From assembly GCA_949292875.1 (NCBI GenBank), contig CASFBJ010000004.1, positions 15,903 to 79,902 of the forward strand: a stretch of 64,000 nucleotides of DNA, read 5' to 3'. Positions 50,601 to 59,214 of this stretch are shown piece by piece. Each line of letters begins with the position of its first letter. Within the stretch, counting starts at the first letter, position 1. The notes below the pieces were generated by a model. The model did not search any database and had not been told where the DNA came from. It was given only the letters and a program-made list of their open reading frames with translations. The DNA is from an uncultured Christensenella sp. (GTDB taxonomy: Bacteria; Bacillota; Clostridia; Christensenellales; UBA1242). Position numbers and translations under genes: made by a program.

Positions 50601-53600
50601 CAGATTCTATAACAGTTACAAAAGAAGATGTAACTTATAAAGGATTAGATGATGTTGTATTATCTTATGAATGGTTACAAGAAACAGGGTTTACTATCAC
50701 TCCAGATAATGAGTTAGACCCTACTTCTTGGACTATAACTACAAACATTAAAGTGTATGAGCCAACTTTAAAAACATTGTATCTTGTACTCAAAAATAGC
50801 GAAACTATTGTTAGAAAAGTTGCATTTTATGTAATGATTTATCCTACATACAAGATAGAAGTACAAGAAAATGCAAATGTACAAGTTTCTGGTGATGTGC
50901 GTTTTGCAGAAGCGTACTCTGGTGCTATATACAATACTAATCATAACTCTAGTCCGTTGCAGTTTAACTTTTTCAAGACTTCTAGCGGAAATAACTATGC
51001 ATCAACTTTAGAAAATGCTTTTGTATTTTCATTTGACTTACTAGACATAAATGGCAACTTTGTTAGAGCGTTGTATTTAGAAAATGGTGTAGTGTATTTT
51101 GACAATACTAAAGCAAAAATATTTGGCGAAATAAAAGGCAATGTTTTTCACTCATATATAAGTGCAGAAGATTACATTTTGCGTATTAATGTAAAAGTAA
51201 GTGGTAGCAATTCTACAAAATTAGGTTATAGTTTTCAACAAATTATAGTAAAGTTTGATGCAAATCTAACACCGTCAAATGTAATAGTTAAGAGTGAAAA
51301 TAATCAAGCAAATACCCCAACTAATCCTATTATGCTAAAAGGTTCTGGTGTAGATATCCTTAACTACATAACATTTAATCTATTTTCATCATCTAGTTTA
51401 AGTGATGTTTATTTGCAAAATGGTGCTTTTGTTAGCAAAAATCTTTTTGATTTCTTTACTCATACAAGTAATACTGTGCAAAGTGAAGATATACTTCTTC
51501 TTAATGAAGTGGATAATAAATGGATACTTACAAAAAATACAAAATATGTTACTTCTGAAAATGTAGTTCAAGAAATGACACTTTATCTATTTGGCGCAAA
51601 AATGACAGTTATATATGTATCTATTCCAAGAGATTTTGCATACACTTTTGATAGTACATTTACCACTATGTATGCAAGCGACAGCCTAGATTTAAAAAAT
51701 CTTGCAAATTCATTTGTAGGTGAAAGCGGAAGTGAATTGCATGGTGGTACTATATCATATAGCGTTATAGCAAGGTCCGTAGGTGAAGTTAGCGGTATAA
51801 GCATAGCAAATAACATACTTACAATAAGCGACAATAAAGACAAGAGCCAAGAATTAGTTTTACTTGCTAAATATGTATTAGAAAATAAAGTGCATACAGC
51901 AAAAACAGTTATAAATGTTTTGCCTGAGTACACGCTTACATCAAATCAAGATATTTATTATATGGAAAAAGATGCACTAGATGCCGATTTTGTAAAAGAA
52001 AATTTTACATTCACTTATGGCGGACAATCTTTAAACTTAGCAAACTATAATATAGAGATAATAAAATCTGGAAAAGATTTATCTATAGAAAGTGGAGTAG
52101 CGTTTGCAAACTATGCAACTATAAATGTGAAAGACAAAACTGCAAATAATGTACTCGCTTCTAGCAGTGTATTTGTGGTGTTTAATGAAAATAATGTGGA
52201 ATATAAGGAAAAAATTATTCAAGATAACCTAACTGCTGGAACAGGCTTCACTTTACAAAGTTACATAGGCGAGTTCTTTATAGGTGAAGAAAAGTTAAAC
52301 TTTACTTCTTTTGAAACTTATTCAATAAGTCTTGGTAAAGCAGACCCAGAACTAATTCCTTGCGAAGGAAACATACTTAAGACTGAAAAATCTTATGAAG
52401 AAGTTATGCAATATGTAGTTGTAAAAGCAGAATTAAATGTAAATGGCGAAGTTGCACCATATTATGGCATTATTTCTATAAGACTTTATCCTACTGTAAA
52501 CCTAAATGCTATGTACACATACAATGCACAACAAGTTTCAGTATTTAAGGCATATCAGTCTTATAACCTAAATTCGTATATTATTCCTACATCAAATAGT
52601 ACATCTACAAACGAAGATGTAGTGAGTGGTAAGACTGACTATACTTTCCACCTTTACGATTTGAATGGTAACCCTGTAACAGAAAATATGAATTCATACT
52701 TTACAACCGAGAGAAAAGTAAGTATTGCAGGACAGGAAAAATATGTATTGTTTGACAATAGCAAATGGTATGTAAGTGATAATAAGACTATAGATGAAAA
52801 CGACAAAGAAGTTACCGATTACAATGGAGAAAATAGACTATGGTTTGATGGTCAATATTATGACATTATATACAATATTGCATTTGACATATCTGCTTTA
52901 GGCTACTCTATGCTTATAGATGCAAAGTATTCGTTTAAAGGCGACACAGAAAATCATATAAGCACATACTATTTCCTTAAAGTAGATAATATGGACTTAA
53001 ATATTACGCCAACTAGTGAAAAACAAGTTTTAAGCGAAGGCGATACTTTAAACTGGAAAAACTTTATTAGCGATTCAGACGGCACTATTCAAAGCCTTTT
53101 AAGTTCAGGTAAAATAACAAGTGTTACTTATGAGGCAATAGGTTCTTATTATGATATAAATGAAGAAAATAATACAATCATAAATACTTGCAACCTTTAC
53201 TCTGCAAATGTTAGCGTTATTATTAGTTTCCTTTTTGCAAATGGTAGTACATTCTTATACGCTGCAGACTTTGAACTCTCTAGCGTCTTGCAAGTATCTG
53301 CTATCAAAAATAGCGTTACTAACGAATACATTACAGAGTACACATTTTCATCTACAAATATAGACAATATTTTAGATTATATCAATTATCAAGTGCCTAC
53401 AAATAATGTATTTAAAGACTTTGCATTGCTAGATAGTTTGTCTATATCCGTAGGCAATGGTACAAGCATAGAACAAACTTTTGAGTATAAGATTGCATTA
53501 AATGAAGAAAATAATTATACATTTGTTACATATAACAATGATGAACCTGTATATGGCACTGAAAGTGACAATGATTATTATACGGTGACTATTTCTGGAA

Positions 53601-56600
53601 ATAAGGATAGCGGAATTTCAAGAATAAGCATATCTACTAAAGAAAGAGTGGTAGTTGGTACATTCTTTAATCTTACTTACTCATTTAAGGGTGGTAATCA
53701 AGAAAAAAATGTTCAAATAAAAACTACTAAGGTTACCACAACGGACAACTTTAGCGCAGAGATTATAAATGGCGATGCTTATCTTAAAAAAGGCGAGAAA
53801 TTAAATCTACTAAAAGATATTTCTTACAACAATGGTTCAATAAATGCAGAAAGTGAAAAAGACAACTTTACTTTCTATGTTGCAGATGATACGCTATTTT
53901 CTATAGATGAAGATTATAATTTAATAGCAAATGTAGATAGCATTGACGACATTAAATCATATCTTTTCATAAACTATCACAATACATCTGCAGGCACTTA
54001 TCATACGGCAACTATTGCTATCACTCTACAAAAAACTATAGATTTAGGAAAGGTTCAATCATCTAATGAAACAGGTTTCCCTACTTTAAATGATGATAGA
54101 GTAGAACCTGTAGATGGTGGACTTACAGGCTATAACCTTATTGTTAAGTCTGGAAGTGGAGATACGCAAAAAGAAAGTAAAAGAGGCGGTAAAGTTTTTG
54201 GTACACTATTTGATAAATATGCTTCTTACGATAGTGACACAAAAAAGATAACATTAAAACAAAATTTTACTACAAGTGTATACTTACAAGTTTATCAAGA
54301 GTTTATATTTACAAGTAGCGGACAAAAGTTTGTTTTAGCAAATAATTTCTCATCAAGTTCTACCAGTGCGCCTACACTAACTTGCGATAAGTCTCTAACT
54401 TCTGAAAATGGCATATATGTCCTTGCACTAAGCGCTGGTGAAAGTGCTACATTTAGCGTTACTGGTGCTACAAGTATAAGTACTGCATATCATAGTGCAT
54501 ATGATAGTGAGGATAATGGAGAAACTTTAACTTTTAGTGGTGCTAAAGTTGCTGTAAAAAGTGGTGTGCAAAATGTAGATATCCCTATCGTAGTTACAGC
54601 AACAAGCGAAACAGGCGATGTATACCATTTCTTAGTGTATGTGTATGTTGCTCCTACTATAAGTTATGGACAAGCAAATGTAGATAATATTGCTGGCGTT
54701 TTACAAGCAGGTGGTAATTTTGCTAGTGGTTATGATTATTGGATAAAGGCAAACGGAGAAACTTTAGTAAAGGAAGAAGCAAGCAAAGTAGATAAAAATG
54801 CAAAATTTTATATAGGAGTGAAGTTACAAGGCACAAGCGGAAATGTAGATGTAGACTTTGACCTATATTCTGTATCACATTCTTATGATATAAAAATAGG
54901 TGGTGTTATAGGTACAAACGATACATTACAATTCTATAACAATGTATCTATAAACGAGGCAATTACGCTTATACTAGACGGAGAGAATGCAAGCGGTTAT
55001 ACTTTTAGTTTATCATACAACGACTTATCAAGTGACAAAGGAACAATACAAATAGCAGAAAATATATTAACTATTACTCCTAATCAAAAAGCAACAGGAA
55101 CATACAATTTTACAATTAAAGCGAAAAAAGGTGATGTTACATACGAAAAACCTTACACTATTACTTTCAAAGATGCTTATGCAGTAGAAAATATAACACA
55201 TACTATAAACATGGAGTACAACAATGGCGTAATATATGAAGGTAACTATACATTGTTAGACTTAAACAATTTCTCATATACAACCGCCGGCGGAGTAGAG
55301 TATACATACGATTCTTCAAGAAGCAATGAATTTTCTAATAATGATATTACAAAAATTGTTTCTTTAGATACAATAAATAACTCAGTCAAGACTAATCAAT
55401 ACCCTACAGCAAAATGGACTTACACAAATGGATATATTACCGGCATTAGTTATACACAGCAAGTTTTTACTATAACTATACCAGTTAAGACAGAAAGCGG
55501 AGTAACAAATACTATAAAAGTAGAAGTAACCGTGAGTAGAGGTGGTATTAGTTATAGCGATTCAACAGGTATATACACAAATGCACTTGAATATGAAACG
55601 AGTACTCCTGATAGTAAAGAAGTGAGTGAAGGGGATATAAAGAAAATTTACAGTTTTCCATTCTGTGAAACTTATAAAGTAAATAACGCTTGGGGAATGT
55701 ATAATTTTCAAGGTTTTTATATAAATAATTCTAAATTAGATTACAAACCAAGCGCTTGGAACTCAGGAACAACAACATTTGCCATAGACATTGAAAATGC
55801 ACAAGATTACAATATTACTGTAACAAGTTTAGGCGATAAATCTTTTGAACCAGAATTAGATTTTACAGTTAATTATAATGGAATAAAGATTTCAAACAAT
55901 CTAGATAAGCCAAGAGAAATTATTATAAAAGTAAAGATAACAAGAATTTGCAAACCTTCAATTGGTGAAACAAATACACAGAATTTTTATTATCTTATAC
56001 CTATTAAATTTACTAGTGGAACAAAAATCGCATATAAAAATAGTTCTACAACTTGTAAACAAGGTAAAACAGTAACTTTATCTCATGAAGATAAAAATGA
56101 CTATAACCATATAGAAGTATACATTCCTAGTGGTAAGGATACTGAAACTTATCTTAAAGATATGTTTGATGTTGATACATTAAAAAATACAGAAAGTGGA
56201 TATGTAGTAACAAAAGAAGTTGATGGTAAGACAATAACATATTATATTACTGTAAAAAATGTAACTATAAGGTCATCTAGTAATAAGCCTACTAGTGGAA
56301 GTGAAATTGCATTAGTTAACGAAAATGGAGATTGGGCTATCAAAGATAACTATGTAGGTGTAAGTTACTCTTATAGTAGTGAAAGTGGTTTTACGATAAA
56401 TGCAATATCATATAGTAAAGATAAAGAAAGAGAAGACTTAAGTGTAACAAATGATAGTTTTGCTGGTAATATATCAAACCCATATACTTTAGAAAATAGT
56501 ATCATATATGAAGATAAATATAGCGAAAATGTAGAGAACAAGCAAATAGATAATGGAACACAAATAGGTTACAAAAATGTATATGGAAACTACATCTTAC

Positions 56601-58396
56601 ACAAAGGTTACATTCTTGTATATGCAAACCAGCAAGTAAACCTAGTATTTACAAGAGAAGAAAAGAAACCTGTCAGTGCAAATCTTGGACTTACTTCAAG
56701 TAATGATTACCCAGGACTAATCACTATAAATAGCGATAATACTACATTAAGCATAAGTGGGACTGCAAATGAAAATTTCCCATATGGAATAAAGTTAGGT
56801 AAAAATGATATATATGTGATTATGCAAAACATAGCAAATACTAAGTTTGAACATGTGTTACCTACACAAGAGATTGCTATATTTTCAAACGAAAGTAGGA
56901 TACTAAACTTTAATGAATTAGGAGAGTTTTACATAGTAAATAGTGATGGAAGCAAAACGCAAATAGTAGAATATAGACAATTAGAATTTGCTTCTGGAAA
57001 TGATAGCGTACTTAAAGTGGTTGGGCAAAATTTAGAAGCAGGCTTTGTACTAGAAGATACAAGCGTTACATTGCAAATAACCATATCAACAGGTGTAGGC
57101 GTTTCTTATGTTGCGTACTTAGATGTACTTATTAAATCTTCTATCCAGATAGAAACAGAGAAACTAGTAGATGTTCCGCTTGGAAATACTGTAGACTTAA
57201 ATGCACTATATACTATAACGCAAGATGGTCAAGAAATAGATTTAAGTGATTTAAGCGAAAATGCAAGTGTATCATTTAGTATAGAAGGCGACGATACTTT
57301 CACAGGAGATTTACTAGATGTCGCATACATTATGAGTAATGCAGGTAAACTTCTTAGAGTAAATATTACATTTACAGTTGGAGAAATACAAGTAGAAAAA
57401 GCAGTAATGCTTAGTATAGCAAATGAACTTTACGAACTTAACGAGATAGAAGATGTATTTACTCTATATGCAGGTCAAACTGTAGACTTAGAGTATATAA
57501 ATCTTAAATTGCAAGATGCATTAGGCTATAGTCTAGGAAAAGGTTATATATCTTCTATAACATATGAAAGTGGAGATAGTAAGTCAAATGCTTATGTCAT
57601 AGATAGTACAAATAAAACTATTACAGCGAAAAATGTTTTTGCAGATGTTTCTACAAGTGTGGTTATATATTATACATTAGGAGAAGGCGAGAGTGCTATA
57701 ACATATACATGTCCTATAGACCTATATCTTTTACCTAGTTTTACACTAAAAGATACTTTAGGTAAAGACTTAAAGAATATAGTGTATAGTTCTTTAGTAG
57801 TAAATACTCCACTAACTATAGGAGATATACAAAACAATTTCCATATTAAAGATAGATTTAATAATGATGTAGACTTATCTTTATTTGGTTTTGAGTTTAG
57901 TAAAGAGAATGGGTACACTAGCATTGTAAACGCTGATGGTGGTGAAATACAGCCTACTTATACAGAGTACACTATGAAAGATATTACGGTATATCTAGAT
58001 GTGTATCATATGCAAAATGGTGAGAAAGATTACAAAGTTGCATCTATACCAGTAGTTATACAAAGAGTGGATAAAGATAGGACACTAGTAAAACTAACAA
58101 GCGATATAATATATGCAAATGCAACGAGCATTTCGCTTGAAACTATCTTTGAAAATTATGTAAATTACATTAATGCAAACGGTGATAGAGTTACTACTGT
58201 AAGGCGTGAGTGGTTTGATGTAATCATAAACTATGCTGGCGTAGCATTAGATGAACAAAGCGAGCTAGATGCAAGTATAGTAAACAACAATACTGTATCT
58301 GGTATACAAAATACCGACTTAGTAGAGGTAACTATAAAGGATAAAGATACTAAAGAAGAAATAACTATAAGCATACTACTACAAAGGCAACCTTAA
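44642..58396 (+). CDS. Giant 4584-aa extracellular protein with N-terminal signal anchor and tandem beta-rich (Ig-like) units
   Basis: Uninterrupted 13.75-kb ORF, RBS GAGGT; single TM at residues ~23-46; recurring beta-strand motifs; no LPXTG, SLH or C-terminal TM. Confidence 0.85.
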   Translation: MSKYDYYNKNKKEKLFSWSYFGKMVAVIFACFIGVFGLTIFVMWLAGSFDEKHIPPDGIKIELENQELEKINGKDYLIPKIEVNEDGVSTFSITVKDAMLSLEEGKDPSTRPSVNELALSVDVDNERVIKLLSKECKIGEPIVFEIVKNSDGFFNGGFAGITVRSFDGVYGTDNINVFVDVPVDKVENNLKSPNTAQESIDDIVYNILSVGDILQVFKPKYTPTRSSNPTILANGTALKADKKYIYKIEYQRKLPNGDTIWEDIDSTGTSEVNKIVKWKESAKKDALVAVKTGIFRTSCMTYSTYKEQENDDGSVVQVQSDYTYFKINEVNYESIQSEVTRHIFEYVLQGVSSEADLKPFRIYLNSAKSAQELSSLNAINLGLNITLPSGYNQDKNALLNALKDVYLTYENEVEVSKYYKVVGEKNVDNGNLYPIKDITTEYNEFTEYYYEVYLISKQIGELAFKFNIKNTEKNSTLTHIVNFSMKENHSSISFIPTQDGQTYGKYDSLVVKPSVDELGKDIMLMDVSVDTSLDGDNAHYVDLNKLVKNTPEETGKVPSYWLVRYFVYLGRTQEEAYNQLMFVQNGIMGLDDDIFEIKTGEVYGVEILDGIFSPKAYESYKIYAVLMQTDINGEPVIYPVTGTYTYKSCEMNVNVKVQVNSVQTTILDDKFSELYVNELKENYSYYLHIQALINGGVVSDEVLANYVKDMFVTAIDTNTGTAQNIPVSIGDITYLNTEGNEGYYAKIDVTTMSAESSRNIKFVVNYQASSTKVEEFGATDSYIVKETAVRGVEITSPSIDNIVLKASWEAGKVIWSYTVGDNEVKLVNGNELILTVFVNGENKLYTVTSSNSTSVKVQPYGSDYKLVIGSVIDGNSQVTIRAESIENPNFYDEVVISFEVPKLEFGLGATFANENGIYVDNASGEIKKQDGSGIYNHVVYKGQEIDLLSYNDEDRITATLNIPNDCKDLLQFSFEVVTDYATIEGSKITFTKNPATSQTITVLIQGFASTLKYVFRLDNNIKISYKDVPSMFNTSINENGQSIQNRVVMTLYNGVYYPTIVYTSRTSNQNTINLNDIIDVSCLGGEADLSKMVYKIISGMDIVSISQTGSEAKLLTIGGRYVARPTIISIQVYEEGGQGSSITFSFLAVPDIMLNSQVLQSTHKLKLTADNKIMDGGNDGFEIGKTDATVFIAESYVVSNAGEHIYDLNSAGDINVNLLLKNDGNSTTTFYLRDFAKIAIMSEQEDFASFINGISSSHGIRNIEFSWKKYADTSNVSYVGLTINNNILQISTASLLTNKYLPIYIRLIFIEGVYIEVQANITINPYYSIEFNLENPAVKQAVDWANQNKYASVTEGKNAIVMYNTQTLQFKDMLKVKNDDTYSYINSFNYNLQENPNNMIKLQNATVPTSAQVLAQVFNELKYAKVGVSYKGVATGFEIIIIVIDNVDVEKGLEENNIEGVVNKGSVDAKDAPKIKSNVVFSLNDMYKLYNLSSGTNISLQFSVGNAEAVRYVSINNGTISFKDTAEDILVQIDISTNLKYLDDEGNVQELKWTRYFMLQKTQQVTVTYPFENNASIFTEIYPDNEKYVNNNPDNYKTGVNGYIRVKANDVLKLSEMISAIDTNTNQDIWNRLLFTVQEYDIVTQNWKNSSLYSVTGRDFSIPSTFNKETYTRIHITSTGGVDAYVNVLLSTQDNAMPNLSMGYPSDKTHISTGDGKQYEYRDKAFAGTDEISLMSYDSNVKVTRLSIGNESLTRERLYLSCKITGMNSMQEITVPGITAIIENGKLKVTKDENYTGVDFVVRVYVRTDYGFYMEHNDYRTYNIYYGNNISILPTSEMQDGVHMELQLNEEDTSKNIIDLDSLFDVIVVDGTPINVTIDNYGIKAEGGTFIYNAYVDSLGKVLLDLNNNKTEIPVEGIKIIITLTLQGVSCDFVIKVLPSSATIDNADGSVNSAENPASLACDDAGNITKTNSISTFSLDGTTKDGTDSITVTKEDVTYKGLDDVVLSYEWLQETGFTITPDNELDPTSWTITTNIKVYEPTLKTLYLVLKNSETIVRKVAFYVMIYPTYKIEVQENANVQVSGDVRFAEAYSGAIYNTNHNSSPLQFNFFKTSSGNNYASTLENAFVFSFDLLDINGNFVRALYLENGVVYFDNTKAKIFGEIKGNVFHSYISAEDYILRINVKVSGSNSTKLGYSFQQIIVKFDANLTPSNVIVKSENNQANTPTNPIMLKGSGVDILNYITFNLFSSSSLSDVYLQNGAFVSKNLFDFFTHTSNTVQSEDILLLNEVDNKWILTKNTKYVTSENVVQEMTLYLFGAKMTVIYVSIPRDFAYTFDSTFTTMYASDSLDLKNLANSFVGESGSELHGGTISYSVIARSVGEVSGISIANNILTISDNKDKSQELVLLAKYVLENKVHTAKTVINVLPEYTLTSNQDIYYMEKDALDADFVKENFTFTYGGQSLNLANYNIEIIKSGKDLSIESGVAFANYATINVKDKTANNVLASSSVFVVFNENNVEYKEKIIQDNLTAGTGFTLQSYIGEFFIGEEKLNFTSFETYSISLGKADPELIPCEGNILKTEKSYEEVMQYVVVKAELNVNGEVAPYYGIISIRLYPTVNLNAMYTYNAQQVSVFKAYQSYNLNSYIIPTSNSTSTNEDVVSGKTDYTFHLYDLNGNPVTENMNSYFTTERKVSIAGQEKYVLFDNSKWYVSDNKTIDENDKEVTDYNGENRLWFDGQYYDIIYNIAFDISALGYSMLIDAKYSFKGDTENHISTYYFLKVDNMDLNITPTSEKQVLSEGDTLNWKNFISDSDGTIQSLLSSGKITSVTYEAIGSYYDINEENNTIINTCNLYSANVSVIISFLFANGSTFLYAADFELSSVLQVSAIKNSVTNEYITEYTFSSTNIDNILDYINYQVPTNNVFKDFALLDSLSISVGNGTSIEQTFEYKIALNEENNYTFVTYNNDEPVYGTESDNDYYTVTISGNKDSGISRISISTKERVVVGTFFNLTYSFKGGNQEKNVQIKTTKVTTTDNFSAEIINGDAYLKKGEKLNLLKDISYNNGSINAESEKDNFTFYVADDTLFSIDEDYNLIANVDSIDDIKSYLFINYHNTSAGTYHTATIAITLQKTIDLGKVQSSNETGFPTLNDDRVEPVDGGLTGYNLIVKSGSGDTQKESKRGGKVFGTLFDKYASYDSDTKKITLKQNFTTSVYLQVYQEFIFTSSGQKFVLANNFSSSSTSAPTLTCDKSLTSENGIYVLALSAGESATFSVTGATSISTAYHSAYDSEDNGETLTFSGAKVAVKSGVQNVDIPIVVTATSETGDVYHFLVYVYVAPTISYGQANVDNIAGVLQAGGNFASGYDYWIKANGETLVKEEASKVDKNAKFYIGVKLQGTSGNVDVDFDLYSVSHSYDIKIGGVIGTNDTLQFYNNVSINEAITLILDGENASGYTFSLSYNDLSSDKGTIQIAENILTITPNQKATGTYNFTIKAKKGDVTYEKPYTITFKDAYAVENITHTINMEYNNGVIYEGNYTLLDLNNFSYTTAGGVEYTYDSSRSNEFSNNDITKIVSLDTINNSVKTNQYPTAKWTYTNGYITGISYTQQVFTITIPVKTESGVTNTIKVEVTVSRGGISYSDSTGIYTNALEYETSTPDSKEVSEGDIKKIYSFPFCETYKVNNAWGMYNFQGFYINNSKLDYKPSAWNSGTTTFAIDIENAQDYNITVTSLGDKSFEPELDFTVNYNGIKISNNLDKPREIIIKVKITRICKPSIGETNTQNFYYLIPIKFTSGTKIAYKNSSTTCKQGKTVTLSHEDKNDYNHIEVYIPSGKDTETYLKDMFDVDTLKNTESGYVVTKEVDGKTITYYITVKNVTIRSSSNKPTSGSEIALVNENGDWAIKDNYVGVSYSYSSESGFTINAISYSKDKEREDLSVTNDSFAGNISNPYTLENSIIYEDKYSENVENKQIDNGTQIGYKNVYGNYILHKGYILVYANQQVNLVFTREEKKPVSANLGLTSSNDYPGLITINSDNTTLSISGTANENFPYGIKLGKNDIYVIMQNIANTKFEHVLPTQEIAIFSNESRILNFNELGEFYIVNSDGSKTQIVEYRQLEFASGNDSVLKVVGQNLEAGFVLEDTSVTLQITISTGVGVSYVAYLDVLIKSSIQIETEKLVDVPLGNTVDLNALYTITQDGQEIDLSDLSENASVSFSIEGDDTFTGDLLDVAYIMSNAGKLLRVNITFTVGEIQVEKAVMLSIANELYELNEIEDVFTLYAGQTVDLEYINLKLQDALGYSLGKGYISSITYESGDSKSNAYVIDSTNKTITAKNVFADVSTSVVIYYTLGEGESAITYTCPIDLYLLPSFTLKDTLGKDLKNIVYSSLVVNTPLTIGDIQNNFHIKDRFNNDVDLSLFGFEFSKENGYTSIVNADGGEIQPTYTEYTMKDITVYLDVYHMQNGEKDYKVASIPVVIQRVDKDRTLVKLTSDIIYANATSISLETIFENYVNYINANGDRVTTVRREWFDVIINYAGVALDEQSELDASIVNNNTVSGIQNTDLVEVTIKDKDTKEEITISILLQRQP

Positions 58397-58422
58397 CATA
58401 ATAAATATTTTAAAATATGGTA

Positions 58423-58450
58423 TTGACAACGAAAAAAAATGTGCTATACT
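58423..58450 (+). promoter_or_regulatory. Strong sigmaA promoter
   Basis: TTGACA-16-TGc-extended TATACT; followed by the inverted repeat AAAAGTAC-acga-GTACTTTT (58460-58479). Confidence 0.7.
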
Positions 58451-58501
58451 TATTATAGTAAAAGTACACGAGTACTTTTCTACATAAAGGAGAAAATAAA
58501 A

Positions 58502-58900
58502 ATGAAAAATAAAGGTATAATTGCTGGTGCTATCGCTAGTATAGGAGCAACTGTTGCTACATATCTAGGACTTGCAGAAGTTCAAAAAGAAGGCTTAAAG
58601 CAAGAAGCTATGTTAAATTATATACAAGAGATAAATCCTAATCCAAACTATACAGCACAAGAAAAGTTTGATAGTTTATTAGAATCAGTTGCAAATGGTG
58701 GTTCATCTTGGGCAAAAGAAATTTTAGATGATGTTTATCAAGCAGGTGCAGAAGGAGTAAACGCTGCATATACAGCAGCACCTACACTAGTAGGAACTTG
58801 CGCAGTTGCTGCAGCTTGTATAGGGGCACTTTTATATTACAGACATAGACAAAAAGCAAAAGAAGCAGTTGCTCAAAACGCAGAAAGTCTTGATATGTAA
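58502..58900 (+). CDS. Small Ala/Gly-rich protein with two hydrophobic segments (132 aa, start MKNKGII)
   Basis: RBS AAGGAG; N-terminal hydrophobic helix and C-terminal TM plus RHRQK. Confidence 0.8.
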   Translation: MKNKGIIAGAIASIGATVATYLGLAEVQKEGLKQEAMLNYIQEINPNPNYTAQEKFDSLLESVANGGSSWAKEILDDVYQAGAEGVNAAYTAAPTLVGTCAVAAACIGALLYYRHRQKAKEAVAQNAESLDM

Positions 58901-58967
58901 TAAACAAAAAGTATAGATTTTATATAGTAATAAGTAATTATATAAAAGTTTCATTATTTTGAAATAT

Positions 58968-58998
58968 AAAAAAAGAGAGATAGTTTTCTCTCTTTTTT
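58968..58998 (+). terminator. Terminator
   Basis: AAAAGAGAGA-tagttt-TCTCTCTTTTTT. Confidence 0.75.
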
Positions 58999-59185
58999 GT
59001 ATATTAAAGTTTAATGCTACATATAATAAAGGTATTTTAATTAAGATAACAAATGAGTGATATATAAAATGTTTGTTATGTGCTATATTACTTTAAGTAA
59101 TGTACATAACTTTGTATACGGTAAGCAATGTATATAACATTTTAAAAAGCGTATTTTTATTACGAGTTAGCAGATTTTTATTTTT

Positions 59186-59214
59186 AAAAAAGAGAGATAG
59201 TTATATCTCTCTTT
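59186..59214 (-). terminator. thyX terminator
   Basis: AAAGAGAGATA-gtta-TATCTCTCTTT overlapping the stop codon. Confidence 0.7.
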
